Source of the DNA: Myxococcota bacterium
GTDB taxonomy: Bacteria; Myxococcota_A; UBA9160; UBA6930
Length of the DNA stretch: 64,000 nucleotides
Assembly (NCBI GenBank): GCA_965223415.1
Contig: OZ245002.1
Span: 4,896,001 to 4,960,000, forward strand
Direction of reading: 5' to 3'
The position numbers and the translations under genes are program-made. The notes under the pieces were generated by a model. The model was not told where the DNA came from. It saw only the letters and a list, made by a program, of their open reading frames with translations, and did no database searches. Below, piece after piece: positions 1-10,264 of the stretch (its first letter is position 1; every line of letters begins with the position of its first letter).

Positions 1-343
1 CCGCCAGGTCGAGCTCCGGCGCCATCAGGAGCGACATTCCCAGGTGGCAGTGCATGTCGATGGCCGGGGGGAACTCGTCCGCCACGCAGCGCAGGGTCCC
101 GGCCGCATCGACCTCGAACCAGGGGAGCTCAGCGAGGCCGCGGTAGCCCGGGTAGCGCTGCGGGCCGAACGGGCCTTGCCCCGAGGACGCCACCTCCCGG
201 GCCCATTTCTCGGCCAGGCTGGCGATGTCCGCGTCGGTGTAGCGGCCCGGCTCCGATCGGCCGCCACAGCCGTGCAGCAGGAAGCCCGCCGTGCCCGCGG
301 CCAGCAGTCCGAGGAAGGCTCTACGATCGATCGGGTGCGCCAC
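1..343 (-). CDS. Tat-exported lipoprotein, probable amidohydrolase family (partial, runs off the window)
   Basis: Manual translation from GTG at 343: MAHPIDRRAFLGLLAAG...LHGC (twin-Arg signal plus lipobox-like Cys), later IDMHCHLG (DxHxH metal motif); not in the ORF track. Confidence 0.6.
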   Translation of the reverse strand, partial: MAHPIDRRAFLGLLAAGTAGFLLHGCGGRSEPGRYTDADIASLAEKWAREVASSGQGPFGPQRYPGYRGLAELPWFEVDAAGTLRCVADEFPPAIDMHCHLGMSLLMAPELDLA

Positions 344-485
344 GGCCGGAACGATAGGGCATGGCGCGGGGCGGCTCTTGTCGGCCCCTACACCGGGGAA
401 GCGAGCGCCCCGTCGCAGAGCGATCGACCGCGCCTAGGCACTGGCCGCGGAGGGCGAGGTGCGCGCTCCCCCCGGTCGGATGGAC

Positions 486-1196
486 TCAGGACAGAAACCG
501 CGCGCGAACCGCGAAGGCGTACCAGCGCAGGTACGTCGGCAGCCATTTCATCAGCCGGAACCGGCTCTCACCGGCGGTGCGATCCCGCCAGGTCGCCGGC
601 ACCTCCTCGACTCGTCCGCCCCCGTAGTGTGCCTTCACGGCGAGCTCCATGCCGAGCGCGAAGCCCGCCTCGGTCTCGATCGGGGTCCGCGCGAGGAAAT
701 CGGCTCGGTACGCCTTGAAGCTGTTGGTCGGGTCGTGCGTCGGCAGGCCGCACAGGGCGTGCAGAGACACACCCGCCACCCGCGAGAGCAGCCCCTTCAG
801 CCGAGGCCCACCGATCTGACGGCCCCCGCGCATGTAGCGACTCGCGCACACGACGTCTGCGCCCGCCTCGGCACGCGCAACCATATCCTCGAGCCGGACC
901 AGATCGTCGGAAAGGTCGGCCATCGCGACGACAACCACCGGGGCCCGCGACGCCCGCATCCCGGCCTCGATCGCGTGGCGGACGCCGGGCCCCAGGTCGT
1001 TTCTGATGAAGCGAAGCGTCTCCGGACGCGCTTCCGCAGGCACCGCCCGGGCGACAGGCAGCGTCGTGTCGATCTCGTGGTCGTAGCAGAGCAGCACCTC
1101 CCCGGCGTCCGGGAGATGCTCCCGCAGCCGTCGCAGCGTCTCCTCGATGAGCTCTGCCTCGTTGAAGACTGGGATCACGACCGAGTAGCGGAGCAT
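486..1196 (-). CDS. Glycosyltransferase family 2 (DPM-synthase-like)
   Basis: YSVVIPVFNE start, MADLSDD, VVCASRY, HDPTNSFKAYR motifs. Confidence 0.9.
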   Translation of the reverse strand: MLRYSVVIPVFNEAELIEETLRRLREHLPDAGEVLLCYDHEIDTTLPVARAVPAEARPETLRFIRNDLGPGVRHAIEAGMRASRAPVVVVAMADLSDDLVRLEDMVARAEAGADVVCASRYMRGGRQIGGPRLKGLLSRVAGVSLHALCGLPTHDPTNSFKAYRADFLARTPIETEAGFALGMELAVKAHYGGGRVEEVPATWRDRTAGESRFRLMKWLPTYLRWYAFAVRARFLS

Positions 1197-1197
1197 C

Positions 1198-1944
1198 TCA
1201 GGGCTCCGCCGGTCGGCGCCCAGCGGTCACCACGAACGAGCCGAATACCCGCCCCGCACCGGAGAGGTGCATCGCGCGGTCGAGCGCATTGTAGACCCGC
1301 AGCACCGCGTTGAGACCGCCTGGTGCAACCTTCCGATACGGAATGCCGGCCTGCGCGTGCTGCATCACCGGCCCGAGGCCCGCATCCTCGAATGCGCGGC
1401 GAAGCTCTCCCGGCGTGAGCGGCCGCTCGTTCGGGCTCACGCCCTCGGCCCGGTAGAGCGGGCTCTTCGGATGCCGAAACAGCGCCATCGCGGGATGCAG
1501 CAGATTCGGATCGAACGCAAAGACCGCGCCTCCCGGCCGAAGCACGCGCCGGGCCTCCCGCAGTGCCAGAGCGAATTCGGGGATGTGGTGCAGCACGCTC
1601 GAGAACGCCACCGTATCCACGCTCGCCTTGGCGAACGGGAGAAGGCAGGCGTCCGTCCGAAGGTGGTCGTCTCCGGGAAAGCGCGCCTGCGCGTGCCGCA
1701 ACGCCGCGCCAGACAGGTCGATCGCCACCCTTCGCTCGAAACGCCCGGCATAGACGGGATGCGCGCTCCCCGTGCCACAGCCCACCTCGAGAAGCAGGTC
1801 CACCGGAACTTCACCGACGAGCTCCCCGAAACACCTGCGCAACGTGTTCCATCCCGTCGGCAGGAACGGGTCGAAGCCCCCTTCTGCTTCGATCAACCCG
1901 TCGAAGTAGTCGCGTTCGATCTCGGCGACGTCCGGGGGGGCCAC
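1198..1944 (-). CDS. Class I SAM-dependent methyltransferase
   Basis: LLEVGCGTG motif I, VLHH, RVLRPGG; start uncertain (GTG 1944 chosen, ORF extends to 1983). Confidence 0.85.
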   Translation of the reverse strand: MAPPDVAEIERDYFDGLIEAEGGFDPFLPTGWNTLRRCFGELVGEVPVDLLLEVGCGTGSAHPVYAGRFERRVAIDLSGAALRHAQARFPGDDHLRTDACLLPFAKASVDTVAFSSVLHHIPEFALALREARRVLRPGGAVFAFDPNLLHPAMALFRHPKSPLYRAEGVSPNERPLTPGELRRAFEDAGLGPVMQHAQAGIPYRKVAPGGLNAVLRVYNALDRAMHLSGAGRVFGSFVVTAGRRPAEP

Positions 1945-1946
1945 CG

Positions 1947-2978
1947 TCAGATCCGCCCCAGCCCGATCTCCTCGCGGACCCAAGGGATCACCTCGTCGAG
2001 GACCTGCTCGATCGGCGTGCTCGCCTCATAACCGAGGACGCTCTTTGCTTTCGACACGTCGGGAATGCGCCGCTGCACGTCGTGCGCGAAGGGCTCGTCG
2101 GAAACGGTCACGAACGCCGGCGCATCGGGGCCCTCGCCATGGACCTTGTGCCAGATCGCCTCGGCGAGCTCGAGCACCGTCGTCGGTACCGGCGTCGAGA
2201 GGTTGAAGTCCTCGTTCTTCGCACCGGGATGCGTGAGCGAGCCTACGATGCCCCTCGCCAGATCGCCGCCGTAGGTGTAGCAGCGAACCTGGCTGCCGTC
2301 GCCGAGGATGTGCAGCGGATCCTGCCCCTTCAGCACCTTCTGCACAAGATCGGGTACGACGTGGCTCATGGCCAGGCTGACGTTTCCGCTCGGAATCTCC
2401 CGCCCGCCGAGCGCGCGGCGCTCTCCGATACCGATGCAGTTGAAGGGACGCAGGATCGTGTACGGGAGGCCGTACTGCTCGAGCGCACCCTTCGCGAAGT
2501 ACTCCACTGCCAGCTTCTGGAAGCCGTAGGTCGAGAACGGCACCGGACACTCGTCCACGTGGCTCTCCGGCGTCGGGAAGACCCCTGCATTCTCGAAGAC
2601 CATGCTGCTCGAGAGAACCGTGATCTTCTGGAGCACCCCGTCCCGGTGGGCGGCGACCGCAGCATCGAAGGTCGAGGCGGTGATCCGCTCGTTCTCGGCG
2701 AGCAGATCATAGGCGTACTCGTGGAAGTAGGAGATGCCGCCGATCATCGCGGCGCCGGCGACGAGCTGGTCGCAGTCCATCGCGAGCTCGGTGAGCAGCG
2801 GCACGTCCTTGGCATCCCCGAGCACGAAGCGATAGCGGGGATGACCCTGGTAGCTCTTCTCGATCGGCCCGTACTTCGAGTGGTTGTCCACGCCCACCAC
2901 CTCGTGGCCCGCCTCGAGCAGCTCGTGGACCAGGTAGCCGGAGATGAAGCCAGCGGATCCCGTCACGAGCACCCTCAC
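1947..2978 (-). CDS. NAD-dependent epimerase/dehydratase
   Basis: VLVTGSAGFIS Rossmann motif, YGFQK (YxxxK), RPFN. Confidence 0.9.
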   Translation of the reverse strand: MRVLVTGSAGFISGYLVHELLEAGHEVVGVDNHSKYGPIEKSYQGHPRYRFVLGDAKDVPLLTELAMDCDQLVAGAAMIGGISYFHEYAYDLLAENERITASTFDAAVAAHRDGVLQKITVLSSSMVFENAGVFPTPESHVDECPVPFSTYGFQKLAVEYFAKGALEQYGLPYTILRPFNCIGIGERRALGGREIPSGNVSLAMSHVVPDLVQKVLKGQDPLHILGDGSQVRCYTYGGDLARGIVGSLTHPGAKNEDFNLSTPVPTTVLELAEAIWHKVHGEGPDAPAFVTVSDEPFAHDVQRRIPDVSKAKSVLGYEASTPIEQVLDEVIPWVREEIGLGRI

Positions 2979-4147
2979 CGGATACAGCCCCACACGTCGA
3001 CGACGAGCTTGTCTTCCGGGATCGCCAGGCCGCGATACTCAGCGTGGGGCGTGGCGACGAAGAGCACATCAGCCTCTTCCAGCACACGGGAGAGCGTCAC
3101 GAAGGTGGGATCGGCGACCAGTGGATCGTGGCAGAGAACGCGCCTCGACTCCATCGTGAGCAGCTTGCGCAGCTTGTAGCTGAGTGAGTCGCGGGGATCG
3201 TCCGAGCCGGCCTTGAACGCCATCCCCAGCACACCCGTCGTGGCCTCCCACAGGTCTCGCTCGCGTTTCGCGAGGCGAACGAGGTGTGCCGGAAGCCCCT
3301 CGTTCACGAGCATCGCGGCGTGGCCTAGCGCGAAGCGGTCCTGCGAGAAGGCCGCGAGCTGCATCGTATCCTTCACGAGGCACGGCCCGGCCGTCAGGCC
3401 CGCGCTCGGCATGTGCTCCATGCGTGGATAATCGGTCCGGCAGCCATCGAGGATGCGATCGAAATCGAGACCGTGCTCCGTCGCGATCATGTAGAACTGG
3501 TTGACCGTAGCGAACTCCACATAGCGCCAAGCGTTGGTCATGAGCTTGCAGAGCTCTGCCTCCATCGGCGCCATCTCGATCATGCGGTTCGTCAGACGCG
3601 AGAAGAGCAGGCGTACCATGTCCAGCGTGCCTTCGTCGAAGGCAGAGATGATCTGAGGCAGCTCGCGAAACTCACGGAGGCTATCGCCCTGCGCGACGCG
3701 CTCTGGACAGAACGCGACCCGGACGTCCAGACCGCGATCCCGCAGGTAGCGCTGGGTGTGCTCGCTGATTCCGGGATACACGGTGCTCCGCAGGACCAGC
3801 ACCTGGCCATCGCGCAGGTGCTCGACACAGCCGTCGATCGCGCGTCGCATCTCCGTGAGACCCGGGTTCAGGTGCTCGTCGACGGGGGTGCCGATCACAA
3901 CGATGATCACGTCGCACGCCGCGAGCCCTTCGGGATCGGAGCCCGCCGTCAGCGTTCCGGCCTTCAAGGTGCGCTGGAGCAGGGGTTTGGCGCCGTTCTC
4001 CAGGAATGGCATCTCGCCGGCCCGGATCACCTTGATGCGGTCGTCATCGATATCGTGGATGTAGGTGGGAAGACCGCTGTCCGCGAAGGCGAGCGCCAGG
4101 GGCAACCCCACGCGGCCGCCGCCCCCAATGATCCCGAGACGTGTCAA
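2975..4147 (-). CDS. Nucleotide-sugar (UDP-glucose/UDP-ManNAc) dehydrogenase
   Basis: GGGGRVGLP, RSTVYPG, FCPER, AGPCLVKD, GMAFK motifs. Confidence 0.9.
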   Translation of the reverse strand: MTRLGIIGGGGRVGLPLALAFADSGLPTYIHDIDDDRIKVIRAGEMPFLENGAKPLLQRTLKAGTLTAGSDPEGLAACDVIIVVIGTPVDEHLNPGLTEMRRAIDGCVEHLRDGQVLVLRSTVYPGISEHTQRYLRDRGLDVRVAFCPERVAQGDSLREFRELPQIISAFDEGTLDMVRLLFSRLTNRMIEMAPMEAELCKLMTNAWRYVEFATVNQFYMIATEHGLDFDRILDGCRTDYPRMEHMPSAGLTAGPCLVKDTMQLAAFSQDRFALGHAAMLVNEGLPAHLVRLAKRERDLWEATTGVLGMAFKAGSDDPRDSLSYKLRKLLTMESRRVLCHDPLVADPTFVTLSRVLEEADVLFVATPHAEYRGLAIPEDKLVVDVWGCIR

Positions 4148-4174
4148 GAGCGTGGTCCTCCGCCGCGCAACCGA

Positions 4175-6121
4175 TCAGAGTACCGCGAGGCCTGCGGGAT
4201 CGCAGGTCGGCCCGTCGTGAGGCATCGGCGGAGGCCGGACCTCGAGCTCGATGTCGAGCACGTCACCGATCCCGCCGGCCGAGGCTTTCACGGGCAGGAA
4301 CGCAACCCGCGTGACCGCGCTTCCAGGCCAACGCCCGGCGGATAGTGCGGCGGCGTCCTCAGCGGTCTCGAGCAGGGGACTGAGCAGAAACCCCGGCTCG
4401 CCCATTCCGGCCGGCAGCCGATAGGCGCGCGCCCGCGAGCGACCCACGCTCCTGACCTGGAGTCGGATGTCGGGACGTCGATGCAACACTCTGCGCACGG
4501 CGCCCCAAGGGGTCGTCCGGGTGCCCACACGAAGCCACACGAGGCAGCCGCGCAGCTCGCCGAGCGCGATCCCCGTACCGAGGTTCAGCGCGAGTGTCCG
4601 CGTGGCGAGCGGCTCGGCGGGCGTCACGCCCGCCCGGCGCTGCATCAGCCAGAAGCCGTTCTCGGTGAAGAGCGGTTCGTAGCGGTGCAGGACCTCCCAC
4701 CAGGCCAGCGCGTCCGCGAGCAGCGGCGGCCGACCGTCGATCGGCTGGAATCTCGTCATCAAGTAGGGAGGCGCTGAGGGGCGGCGGTACCAGGCCGCGT
4801 TCCGCTCCATCAGGCCGCTGGAGTATGCCGCGTAGCTCTGAAACACCGGCGGGTGCACGATCCGGAGCCCGTTCAATAGCGCTGCCCCCTGCAGGTTGCC
4901 CTGCACGACCACGGCGCTGGTCCCGACACGTGCGGCGATCCGCGGAAGCTGGACGCGCGCGCCAACCTCGGCTTGGCGCCGCTCAGCGGCGGCCTGCCAG
5001 GACGACGGGGACGCCACCGCCCCGACCACCCCGGCGACGCGCCGTGCTGGAGCTGAGGCGCCTGCGCGCCAGGTGAGAGGAGCCTCCGCGACCAGGGTCG
5101 ATGCACCGATCGCTGCGCATGCCACGAGGGCCGTAGCTGCGCCGCGCATCGCCGTGCGCGGCTCCGGGAACGCGATGCAAAGGGCTCCGGAGAGGAACGG
5201 AAGGGCCCCGAAGAAGAAGATCGCATGATCCTCTCGCGTGAAGCCGAACTTCCACCACTGGATCGTGAAGAGGCAGATGAGCCCGGCCATGAGGATCTGC
5301 CGGCCGGCCAGGGCGGGCCCGGCGGATCGCAGCGGAGCCAGCGCGATGATCTGGGCAACCGCAGCGATGGCCAGCGCTGCGAACGCGAACTCGAACACCC
5401 GGCGCGATACACCGGCGCCGCCCATCGCCTCATAGCCGGACGTGATCTCGACCATGCCGCGAACGAAGTCCGGGAACGCCCCCGGCGGCTGGCCTGCAAC
5501 GATCCAGAGGGCGGCCAGCGCGGCGCTGGCGCCCGCGATCGAGGCCACACTGGGCCACACCCGACGCCGACGGAAAGGAGCCACCGCGAGCCACCAAGCG
5601 AGGCAGATCGGACCCAGGACCAGAAAGGTCGTCTTCGTCAGAGCCAGCCCGAGTCCGAGCACGACGAGCGCCGTGCCCAGGACGAGGCTCGTCGCTCCCC
5701 CAACGCCCACGAGGGTCACGAGACCGAGGAGGAGCGCCGCCTGATTGCCGACATCGAACTGGGCGCCTGCATACACCACGCCCGCGGCGATGGCGATGCG
5801 CGGCACCCATCCCGGCGCCCGCAAGAACGCCACCGCCAGGATGCCGCTGACGAGGACCGCACGGGCAACACCGAACGCGACCTTCCACGGAAGCCACGTG
5901 GCGTCGTACAGGGGCGTGATCAAGTGGCCGTACGGGCCGTAGCTGAAAACGAGATCGCGTCCGAACGTGAGATCCGTGCTGGCGGCGTTCGCGAGGAGCC
6001 CCATCCACGACGGATCCAGCCGGGCTGTCAGCACATCCCCGGGAAACGAGAGGACGAACGGCAGGAACACCACGGCCACCGCGGCGCCGGTGCCCGCGCG
6101 TCTCGGCCACGGCTCCATCAT
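4175..6121 (-). CDS. Polytopic membrane protein, probably glycan-modification associated
   Basis: Many hydrophobic segments, LDPSW..FGRDLVFSYGPYG N-terminal motif, location in a glycan gene cluster. Confidence 0.65.
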   Translation of the reverse strand: MMEPWPRRAGTGAAVAVVFLPFVLSFPGDVLTARLDPSWMGLLANAASTDLTFGRDLVFSYGPYGHLITPLYDATWLPWKVAFGVARAVLVSGILAVAFLRAPGWVPRIAIAAGVVYAGAQFDVGNQAALLLGLVTLVGVGGATSLVLGTALVVLGLGLALTKTTFLVLGPICLAWWLAVAPFRRRRVWPSVASIAGASAALAALWIVAGQPPGAFPDFVRGMVEITSGYEAMGGAGVSRRVFEFAFAALAIAAVAQIIALAPLRSAGPALAGRQILMAGLICLFTIQWWKFGFTREDHAIFFFGALPFLSGALCIAFPEPRTAMRGAATALVACAAIGASTLVAEAPLTWRAGASAPARRVAGVVGAVASPSSWQAAAERRQAEVGARVQLPRIAARVGTSAVVVQGNLQGAALLNGLRIVHPPVFQSYAAYSSGLMERNAAWYRRPSAPPYLMTRFQPIDGRPPLLADALAWWEVLHRYEPLFTENGFWLMQRRAGVTPAEPLATRTLALNLGTGIALGELRGCLVWLRVGTRTTPWGAVRRVLHRRPDIRLQVRSVGRSRARAYRLPAGMGEPGFLLSPLLETAEDAAALSAGRWPGSAVTRVAFLPVKASAGGIGDVLDIELEVRPPPMPHDGPTCDPAGLAVL

Positions 6122-6262
6122 GCCGCCCTCCGGAAAGCACGGCTCACGATCTCCGCGACCATTCTGCGAGGCGCGAGCCCGCTGGCAGCGAACACGACTC
6201 TCACCCTCGAAAGGGCACGGGAGCGGGCTCCGAGGTTTTGGCGTTCGGCTAGACTCTCGACC

Positions 6263-7714
6263 ATGTCTTCGATGCGCTGGTGGCTCGCGGCGTCATGCCT
6301 TGCAATCACGCCCCTGCTCTCGACCCATCGTTCCACGGCGGCATCCGCAGAGCCGGAGCCGCCCAATGTCGTGCTGATCTCCATCGATAGCCTAAGGCTC
6401 GATCACCTCGGCGCCTATGGCTACACCCGCCCTACCAGTCCGACGATCGACCGCCTCGCCCGGGAGGGCGTGGTCTTCGAGCAGGCGATCTCGACTTCTT
6501 CCTGGACGCTGCCTTCCCATGTCTCGCTGCTCACGTCTCAGGACGTGTCGACCCACGGAGTGGACGAGCCTCACGACAAGCTCTCGGCGGGACTCCCTTT
6601 CCTGGCGGAGGCGATGCGAGCGGCCGGCTATGCCACGGCAGGCTTCTACAGCGTCGCCATGCTCGGCGCCGACTACGGTTTCGCTCGCGGGTTCGATCGC
6701 TACTACAACTGCACCAACCTCGTCAAGCCCGAGGACCACGCCCTGGAGGAATTCAAGAAGGCGTTCGCCCCCGGAAGCCCACAGAGGAAGCGGGCCGCCT
6801 TTCTCGACGTGAGCAGCCCACGAATCCATGAGAGCGTGGCGCATTGGTTCGGGCATGAGCGCAGCGAGCCCTTCTTCCTCTTCGTCCACTACTATGACGT
6901 CCACTGGGATTTCATCCCGCCGCCTCCCTACGACTCGATGTTTCGTGGGCTCCCCGCTCCGGCCACCGCCGGAAAGCGGCGATTGCTGCGCAACACCGGC
7001 TACCGCGCGAATCCATCCGTTCCGAGCATCGACGAGTTGATCGCTCTCTACGATGGAGAGATCCGTTGGACCGACGATTGGATCGGGAAGTTGATGGGGC
7101 TGCTACAGGACGAAGCGTTGCTGGCCAACACCCTCGTGGTCCTGACCTCGGACCACGGCGAGGAGTTCGGCGAACACGGCGCGATGTACCATGGCAACAA
7201 CCTCTTTGACGACTCGATTCGCGTTCCGCTCATCATGCGGCTTCCCGGCAAGTCCCGCGCCGGCCAGAGGGTCTCGCAGCAGGTCCGGTTGATCGACGTC
7301 GCCCCGACGATCCTCGACATCGCGGAAGTCGAGGCCGGCCCGGATCTTCAAGGAACGAGTCTCGTGCCCCTTCTCGAGGGGCGCGATCTGGCGCTCCCGC
7401 CAGCGCATGCCTCCCTCGTGAAGATCCCGTGGCACCGGAAGAACGTGCCCAGCGAATCCCTTCGCACCGAGGGTGCAAAGCTCATTCGAAACACCGAAAC
7501 GGGAGAGGTGCTCTTCTTCGACCTCCTGACGGATCGAGGAGAGCAGGCGGGGACCCAGATCCGCAAGCAAGGCGAGGTTCCGGCACAAGCCGAGGCGCTT
7601 CTGCACCTCCTGCGCTCCAGAGACGAATCGCCGCGGAACGATCGGGCGCACGAGAAGGTCGACATGAGCCCGGAAGTGCGCGAGCAGCTGCGCGCCCTTG
7701 GGTATGTGGAGTGA
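6263..7714 (+). CDS. Secreted sulfatase-like hydrolase/transferase (alkaline phosphatase superfamily)
   Basis: Signal peptide, PNVVLISIDSLRLDHLG, SWTLPSH, TSDHGEEF; true start lies within ORF 5225..7714. Confidence 0.85.
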   Translation: MSSMRWWLAASCLAITPLLSTHRSTAASAEPEPPNVVLISIDSLRLDHLGAYGYTRPTSPTIDRLAREGVVFEQAISTSSWTLPSHVSLLTSQDVSTHGVDEPHDKLSAGLPFLAEAMRAAGYATAGFYSVAMLGADYGFARGFDRYYNCTNLVKPEDHALEEFKKAFAPGSPQRKRAAFLDVSSPRIHESVAHWFGHERSEPFFLFVHYYDVHWDFIPPPPYDSMFRGLPAPATAGKRRLLRNTGYRANPSVPSIDELIALYDGEIRWTDDWIGKLMGLLQDEALLANTLVVLTSDHGEEFGEHGAMYHGNNLFDDSIRVPLIMRLPGKSRAGQRVSQQVRLIDVAPTILDIAEVEAGPDLQGTSLVPLLEGRDLALPPAHASLVKIPWHRKNVPSESLRTEGAKLIRNTETGEVLFFDLLTDRGEQAGTQIRKQGEVPAQAEALLHLLRSRDESPRNDRAHEKVDMSPEVREQLRALGYVE

Positions 7715-8055
7715 GCGTGGCGAGCCAACCGGCGCTCCCGACGCCCCGGGACTTCCGGCGACGTCCCGAGCGACGCGCCCGCTGGGGATCCCTTGCACAG
7801 AGCCCCCAGATCCCCGCATGTCCCACTCTCGCTCGAATCCGGTTGCGGTCACACCGATGGCCGTTCCGGATCGAGGAGCCCCGGGCCAGCCCTCAGGGCC
7901 AATCGCCGGAGCCACGAGAGTCACACTGCCGCCGACACCGAGGAGGAGCAGCGCGCCCGGTTCGGGGGTGAGGCTGAGTGCAAGGCTGACCTGCGTCCCG
8001 CCTAAGCCTCCCGGATCGGCTGGCCGAAACGGCAGGAACCGGGAGGGACACGGAC

Positions 8056-9465
8056 ATGTGGCGGCTGCGCGCGACGACGCGGATCGGATGGCTGGGGGCG
8101 CTGCTGCTGGCGCTGGCGACCGCCTCGGGAGCGGAGACGGACCCGGGCAGGGTCCTGCTGGTGCTCGACGCCTCCGGCAGCATGTGGGGCCAGATCGGCG
8201 GCGAGCCGAAGATCGGTATCGCGCGCGAGGTGGTGCGCGACCTGATGGAGGACTGGGACGAGAGCCTGGCCCTCGGTCTCAGCAGCTACGGGCACCGGCG
8301 CGAGGGCGACTGCGAGGACATCGAGCTGTTGATCCCGACCGCCGCCGGCAACGCCGCGGCGGTGGCCGAGCGGGTGGAGGCTCTGAGCCCGAAGGGGAAG
8401 ACGCCCCTCAGCGAGGCGGTGAAGCGTGCCGCCGAGCACCTCGCCTACACCGAGGATCCGGCGGTGGTCGTGCTGGTCAGCGACGGCGAGGAGACCTGCG
8501 GCGCCGATCCCTGCGCGGTGGCCGAGGCGCTCGAAGCCGCCGGCGCGGACTTCACCGCCCACGTGATCGGCTTCGACGTGGCCCTGGAGAAGCAGGCCGG
8601 ACTGCGCTGCCTCGCCGAGGCCACCGGCGGTGAGTTCCTGGCGGCTGCCGACGCGGGGGAGCTGCGTACTTCCCTGGGACGGGCCCTCGAGAAAGCGAAG
8701 GAAGGCGTCGGCCCCCCGCTCCACTTCCAGGCGTCGCTGGTGGAGGGCGGGCCCGCGCTCCGCAAGGAGGACCTGACCTGGATGGTCGCCTGGAGCGTCG
8801 CCCGCGACGACGGAGCCGGCGCACCGGCCAAGGCTCGCGACGCGAAGGTCGGCTTCGAGCTCGAGCCGGGTGCCTACACGGCGGAGCTCCAGTGGGACGT
8901 GGTGAGGCGCAGCCTTCCCTTCGACGTCGTGGAGGGAGAGCGTGCGACCCACACGATCGCGATGGAGGCGGGTGTCGTGAGCTTCGTCGCCGCCCTGACC
9001 GACGGCGGCCCCCGGATCACGGAGCCGCTCGGCTGGACCTTCTACGCGGCGAACCCTGACGGGAGCCTCGGCGAGAAGCTGGCCTACAAGAGCGGATCGA
9101 CGCGCTCCTTCGTCGTACCCGCGGGCTCGAACACGGTCGTGGCGAAGCTCGGCGACGCCGTGCGTCACTACTCCTTCTCGATCGAGGCGGGCGTCCGGGA
9201 CGAGCACGTCGTGTCGCTGCGAGCCGGCCGGGCCCGCTTTTCTGCCGTCGCGTCCGACGGCACGGGCCGACGCGGCTACAAGACCTGGACGATCCGCGCC
9301 GAGCCGGACGGACAGCGGGCCGGCTTCAAGGCCGACGAGAGCCCCACGTTCGTGCTCGCGGCCGGGCGTTATGTCGCCGAGCTCGGCTTCGACGGGCAGA
9401 AGATCACGCAGGTGTTCGAGGTGAAGCCCGGCGAGACGGGCGAGCACCAGCTCACGCTGCCCTAG
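8056..9465 (+). CDS. Secreted VWA (von Willebrand A) domain protein
   Basis: Signal peptide, VLDASGSM MIDAS motif, GKTPL, VSDGEETC. Confidence 0.85.
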   Translation: MWRLRATTRIGWLGALLLALATASGAETDPGRVLLVLDASGSMWGQIGGEPKIGIAREVVRDLMEDWDESLALGLSSYGHRREGDCEDIELLIPTAAGNAAAVAERVEALSPKGKTPLSEAVKRAAEHLAYTEDPAVVVLVSDGEETCGADPCAVAEALEAAGADFTAHVIGFDVALEKQAGLRCLAEATGGEFLAAADAGELRTSLGRALEKAKEGVGPPLHFQASLVEGGPALRKEDLTWMVAWSVARDDGAGAPAKARDAKVGFELEPGAYTAELQWDVVRRSLPFDVVEGERATHTIAMEAGVVSFVAALTDGGPRITEPLGWTFYAANPDGSLGEKLAYKSGSTRSFVVPAGSNTVVAKLGDAVRHYSFSIEAGVRDEHVVSLRAGRARFSAVASDGTGRRGYKTWTIRAEPDGQRAGFKADESPTFVLAAGRYVAELGFDGQKITQVFEVKPGETGEHQLTLP

Positions 9466-9469
9466 CAGG

Positions 9470-10264
9470 CTACTCGGCGTGAGGCTCGCACCCGGGCCGG
9501 TTGCAGCCGACCTGCATGCGGGACGCGAACTCGTTGCGGTAGCCGTCGAAGATGAAGCCCATCACGCGCAGGTCGCTCTCGTAGCGGGGCAGCACGGCGT
9601 GCTCGTACCAGAGGGCGATCTCGCGCTTCGCGAGGGCGTTGCCGATCAGGTCCCGCATGCGGTTGCTCTCGCGGATCGCGGTTCCGACGCCCGCCAGCGC
9701 GGAGGTGGTCGCGCTGATCGCGCCCACCACGGGGACGCATCGCGAGCCGTCCGCGAGCCAGCCGAGCAGCCGACCCGCGCCGATGGTCCCGCCCTTGTTG
9801 GCCGCCGCGCTCTGGAACTCGATCAAGGGGAGTTCGACGAGCTGGTCGATCTCGTACTCGTGCTCGTCGATCTCCCGACGGATGAAGGCGAGGTCGTCGA
9901 TCGCCTGCTGGTGCTCGGCCTCGAGCTGGCTGCGGATCTGCTGGAGGCTGCTCATGGCGTCGGCGTAGATCTGGCTGTCGCAGCGCTCGATCCCCTGCTT
10001 GACGATGTCGGCCGCGAAGAAGTAGCTCGACCAGAGCGCGTCGAGGCCGCCGAAGTTTCGGTCCGCCGCCGCGCCGGCCGCGTTGCCGCGCGTGCGGTTC
10101 CAGAAGCGGCCACCCCGGTCGCTGATCGTGACGCCGAGCGGGATGCCGCGGAACTCGGGGGCGATGGTGTAGCCGTCCATCCGGCCGGACTGATACCGCA
10201 GCGTCTCGGCGGACGCGGGGCCCGTCAAGAGCGCGTAGACGACGAGCAGGAGGGCCGCTCTCAT
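9470..10264 (-). CDS. Secreted hypothetical protein
   Basis: Signal peptide; 4-nt overlap with upstream ORF. Confidence 0.65.
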   Translation of the reverse strand: MRAALLLVVYALLTGPASAETLRYQSGRMDGYTIAPEFRGIPLGVTISDRGGRFWNRTRGNAAGAAADRNFGGLDALWSSYFFAADIVKQGIERCDSQIYADAMSSLQQIRSQLEAEHQQAIDDLAFIRREIDEHEYEIDQLVELPLIEFQSAAANKGGTIGAGRLLGWLADGSRCVPVVGAISATTSALAGVGTAIRESNRMRDLIGNALAKREIALWYEHAVLPRYESDLRVMGFIFDGYRNEFASRMQVGCNRPGCEPHAE

